Assembly: GCA_963733035.1 (NCBI GenBank)
Contig: CAVTBU010000005.1
Location: 2,336,001 to 2,400,000, forward strand
Origin: Pirellulales bacterium
GTDB taxonomy: Bacteria > Planctomycetota > Planctomycetia > Pirellulales > PALSA-1355
Length of the DNA: 64,000 bases
Direction: 5' to 3'
The notes under the pieces were generated by a model. That model saw nothing but the letters and a program-made list of their open reading frames with translations, searched no databases and was not told where the DNA came from. The translations under genes were made by a program, and so were the position numbers. Positions 61,977 through 64,000 of this stretch are shown here, in pieces; within the stretch, counting starts at the first letter, position 1, and the number at the start of each line of letters is the position of its first letter.

Positions 61977-62936
61977 TTATTCGAGGGGCGCCGCGGCCGG
62001 CAGACCCGGCGGCTTGACCGCGACCAGCGAACAGGGCACCTGACGGAGCAGACGCTCGGCGGTGCTTCCTAAAACAAGTCCTGGTTCGCGATCGCCGGCG
62101 ACGGTTCCGATCACCAGCAAGTCGATCTGCTGGTCTTCGATGTATTGCAGGATGACGGGTTCCGGGATGATCGAGCCGTCTTTAACATGCACCTCGATGT
62201 CGCCTGGAATCGTTTCGCCTAGTTGGCGGTGCAACTCGTCGGACAGAAACGTCTCGGCCCGATCGCTGATCTGCTTGTGGTAGCGATCAGAATCCGCCGT
62301 GGGGACGCCGGTAGTCCACAGCCGGTCCAACGGAAAGTCGACGACGTGCAAGAAATGCAGTCGCTGCACGCCCAACGACCGGAGCGCAAGCCCCATCTCG
62401 ATGACCCTCGGACACATCGTACCGACATCGACAGCGACCAGGACGTTACGCACATCGACTTCGGGTTTTGGCTTCACGACCCAAACCGGTCCGGGGCACT
62501 GACGAAGCAGATTCATGGCCGTGGTTCCGAACAGGAGGCGATTCATGGTGCCCACGTCGCGCGTGCCCACGATCACCAGGTCGTGCTCGCCGCGCATCGC
62601 CTCGTGCGTGATCTCGAGCCAGCCCTTGCCGTGGACAAGCAGCGGTTCGGCCTGCACTCCCGCTATTCGGGCGCGGTCGACCAACTTGTCCAACGCGGCG
62701 CGCGTCGTGTCGTCTGCCTGTTTTTGCAGCCGCTCGCTTTCACTCGAACTGAGCAGTGTGCGGAAGCCACCGGCCAACTCGATCGCGGCAAGAAACGTCA
62801 CCTTGGCCGAGCAATGCTGTGCCAGCCAAATCGAGCGCTCGATGGCGTGCTCGACGGGAGGTTTAAACGTTGGCTTTTCCGGATCGACAACCTGCGAAAA
62901 ATCGATGCCGACTAGAAGATTGTTGAATCGCTGCAT
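61977..62936 (-). CDS. Universal stress protein (tandem USP, UspE-like)
   Basis: LLVGIDFS, DLVIVGT..FGTTAMNLLRQCPGPVWVVK and LGSTAERLLRQVPCSLVAVKP. Confidence 0.92.
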   Translation of the reverse strand: MQRFNNLLVGIDFSQVVDPEKPTFKPPVEHAIERSIWLAQHCSAKVTFLAAIELAGGFRTLLSSSESERLQKQADDTTRAALDKLVDRARIAGVQAEPLLVHGKGWLEITHEAMRGEHDLVIVGTRDVGTMNRLLFGTTAMNLLRQCPGPVWVVKPKPEVDVRNVLVAVDVGTMCPRVIEMGLALRSLGVQRLHFLHVVDFPLDRLWTTGVPTADSDRYHKQISDRAETFLSDELHRQLGETIPGDIEVHVKDGSIIPEPVILQYIEDQQIDLLVIGTVAGDREPGLVLGSTAERLLRQVPCSLVAVKPPGLPAAAPLE

Positions 62937-63122
62937 AACTGGAGTTCCCGCCCGCGCGTTGAGCCGAGTCGCCTCCTCCATTGTACCACTACCGAGCACA
63001 GCGACATCAAATCGTTCAATCGACACTGCGCTTGACGAACACGGAAGAAAGGAAAGTTGAGACGTCTATGCCACGTCGCACAACACGCACCTGGCACGGG
63101 GAGTCAAAATTTTGGATTAACC

Positions 63123-63159
63123 AAAAGAGAAATGCCCGGGCAGACTCGCCACCCGGGCA
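63123..63159 (-). terminator. Rho-independent terminator
   Basis: TGCCCGGG/CCCGGGCA stem with a T-rich tail on the minus strand, 37 nt after the stop at 63197. Confidence 0.7.
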
Positions 63160-63196
63160 CTCCTGGCAACCATCTTTTCTCTCCCCGAGTGGCCGC

Positions 63197-63565
63197 TTAC
63201 CACGGGCCGCGGATGTAATAGTAGCCGAATTGTCGGGTGTCGCTGGGGATTTGCGGCGTGGGGAGGAAGCCGTACGGGGTCCATTTGCCGTTGGGCCAGG
63301 GACGCTGGAACTGGTGGTCGTTGCGGGTCATGCGCGACGAGACCGAACCCCAGCCGTAGTCGGTCGTCAGTTCGGCGGTCGGCGGCACGACGATGGCCAC
63401 GGCCTGCCCGTACTGCACGTTGTAGTAGCGGCCGTGCCAGGGGCGAAGGCTGGCGCGGTATCGCGCGTTGTGGCCGTGATGCGTTTCATCATACGCCTCG
63501 ACGCGCGCCGCCGAAGCGAGCGCCGCGGCGACCATTGCCACGAAGAACACTTTGCGAAGGAACAT
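63197..63565 (-). CDS. Secreted Tyr/Pro-rich hypothetical protein
   Basis: Signal peptide; PWHGRYY...VVPPTA...YYIRGPW. Confidence 0.75.
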   Translation of the reverse strand: MFLRKVFFVAMVAAALASAARVEAYDETHHGHNARYRASLRPWHGRYYNVQYGQAVAIVVPPTAELTTDYGWGSVSSRMTRNDHQFQRPWPNGKWTPYGFLPTPQIPSDTRQFGYYYIRGPW

Positions 63566-63778
63566 GGATGGGATCCTTGTGTCGGGTGTGCTTTCAAAGC
63601 GCCCGGCCGCTCCTGGAGGTCTGCGAGCGGCCGAGCGCCGGAGGAGGAATGCGGAGGTATTTCGCTGCGCTGTGCGCGGTGATTTGGTTTGAGTGGGCGA
63701 GTCGCCGCGGGGGGCGATCGGTATGCGGCGATCTCAAAACAAGCGGCCTAATGGCCCCGGGCATTCGTTTCCTGGGTA

Positions 63779-64000
63779 CTACCAGAAGCAGAAACCATAC
63801 TTGACGCACGACGTCGTGTAGCCGCCGTTGCGGTAGTACTTGTAGTACTTGCGGTGGTGGTGATACATGAACTCGTGTGGGTTGAGTGGCGGATAGGTGA
63901 TCCAGGTGTGACCGACACGGGGCGGCGTCGGGCGCGGCGAGATGTAAAGCTGCGCCGGATCGCCCTGGCCGAACACGGTCGGGCCGTTGTAGTAGTTGTA
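63779..64000 (-). CDS. His/Tyr-rich hypothetical protein, partial (start outside the window)
   Basis: LYISPRPTPPRVGHTWITYPPLNPHEFMYHHHR. Confidence 0.65.
   Translation of the reverse strand, partial: YNYYNGPTVFGQGDPAQLYISPRPTPPRVGHTWITYPPLNPHEFMYHHHRKYYKYYRNGGYTTSCVKYGFCFW

Overview
A high-GC bacterial window whose gene content points to Planctomycetota, probably Pirellulales: a DUF1553/DUF1501/WD40 cluster, two DUF1559 pilin-like proteins, a planctomycete extracellular signal on an ELWxxDGT protein, sulfatases, an isolated fhcC and a vWA/TPR cluster. It holds about 60 mostly ordinary, loosely clustered genes; I found no rRNA, tRNA, CRISPR array or intact transposase. Seven otherwise intact genes each carry one frameshift in GC-rich context, which looks like sequencing or assembly error. 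The most interesting region is a small accessory island at about 49.1-51.4 kb. It contains a 5'-truncated DUF3800-like gene whose stop codon abuts a convergent ~80-nt structured RNA with its own promoter and terminator (a candidate protein-RNA module), REP-like GGTGCCAYG repeats around it, and a lower-GC cassette bounded by inverted heptamer repeat tracts. Other candidates are a ~250-nt GGA-rich structured RNA (44.7-44.96 kb), a leaderless nucleotidyltransferase toxin-antitoxin-like pair, a PQQ dehydrogenase with its membrane domain at the C-terminus, a HabA/StyC-like membrane protein and several clear operator/promoter motifs. All family calls come from motif recognition only; no database searches or folding programs were run.
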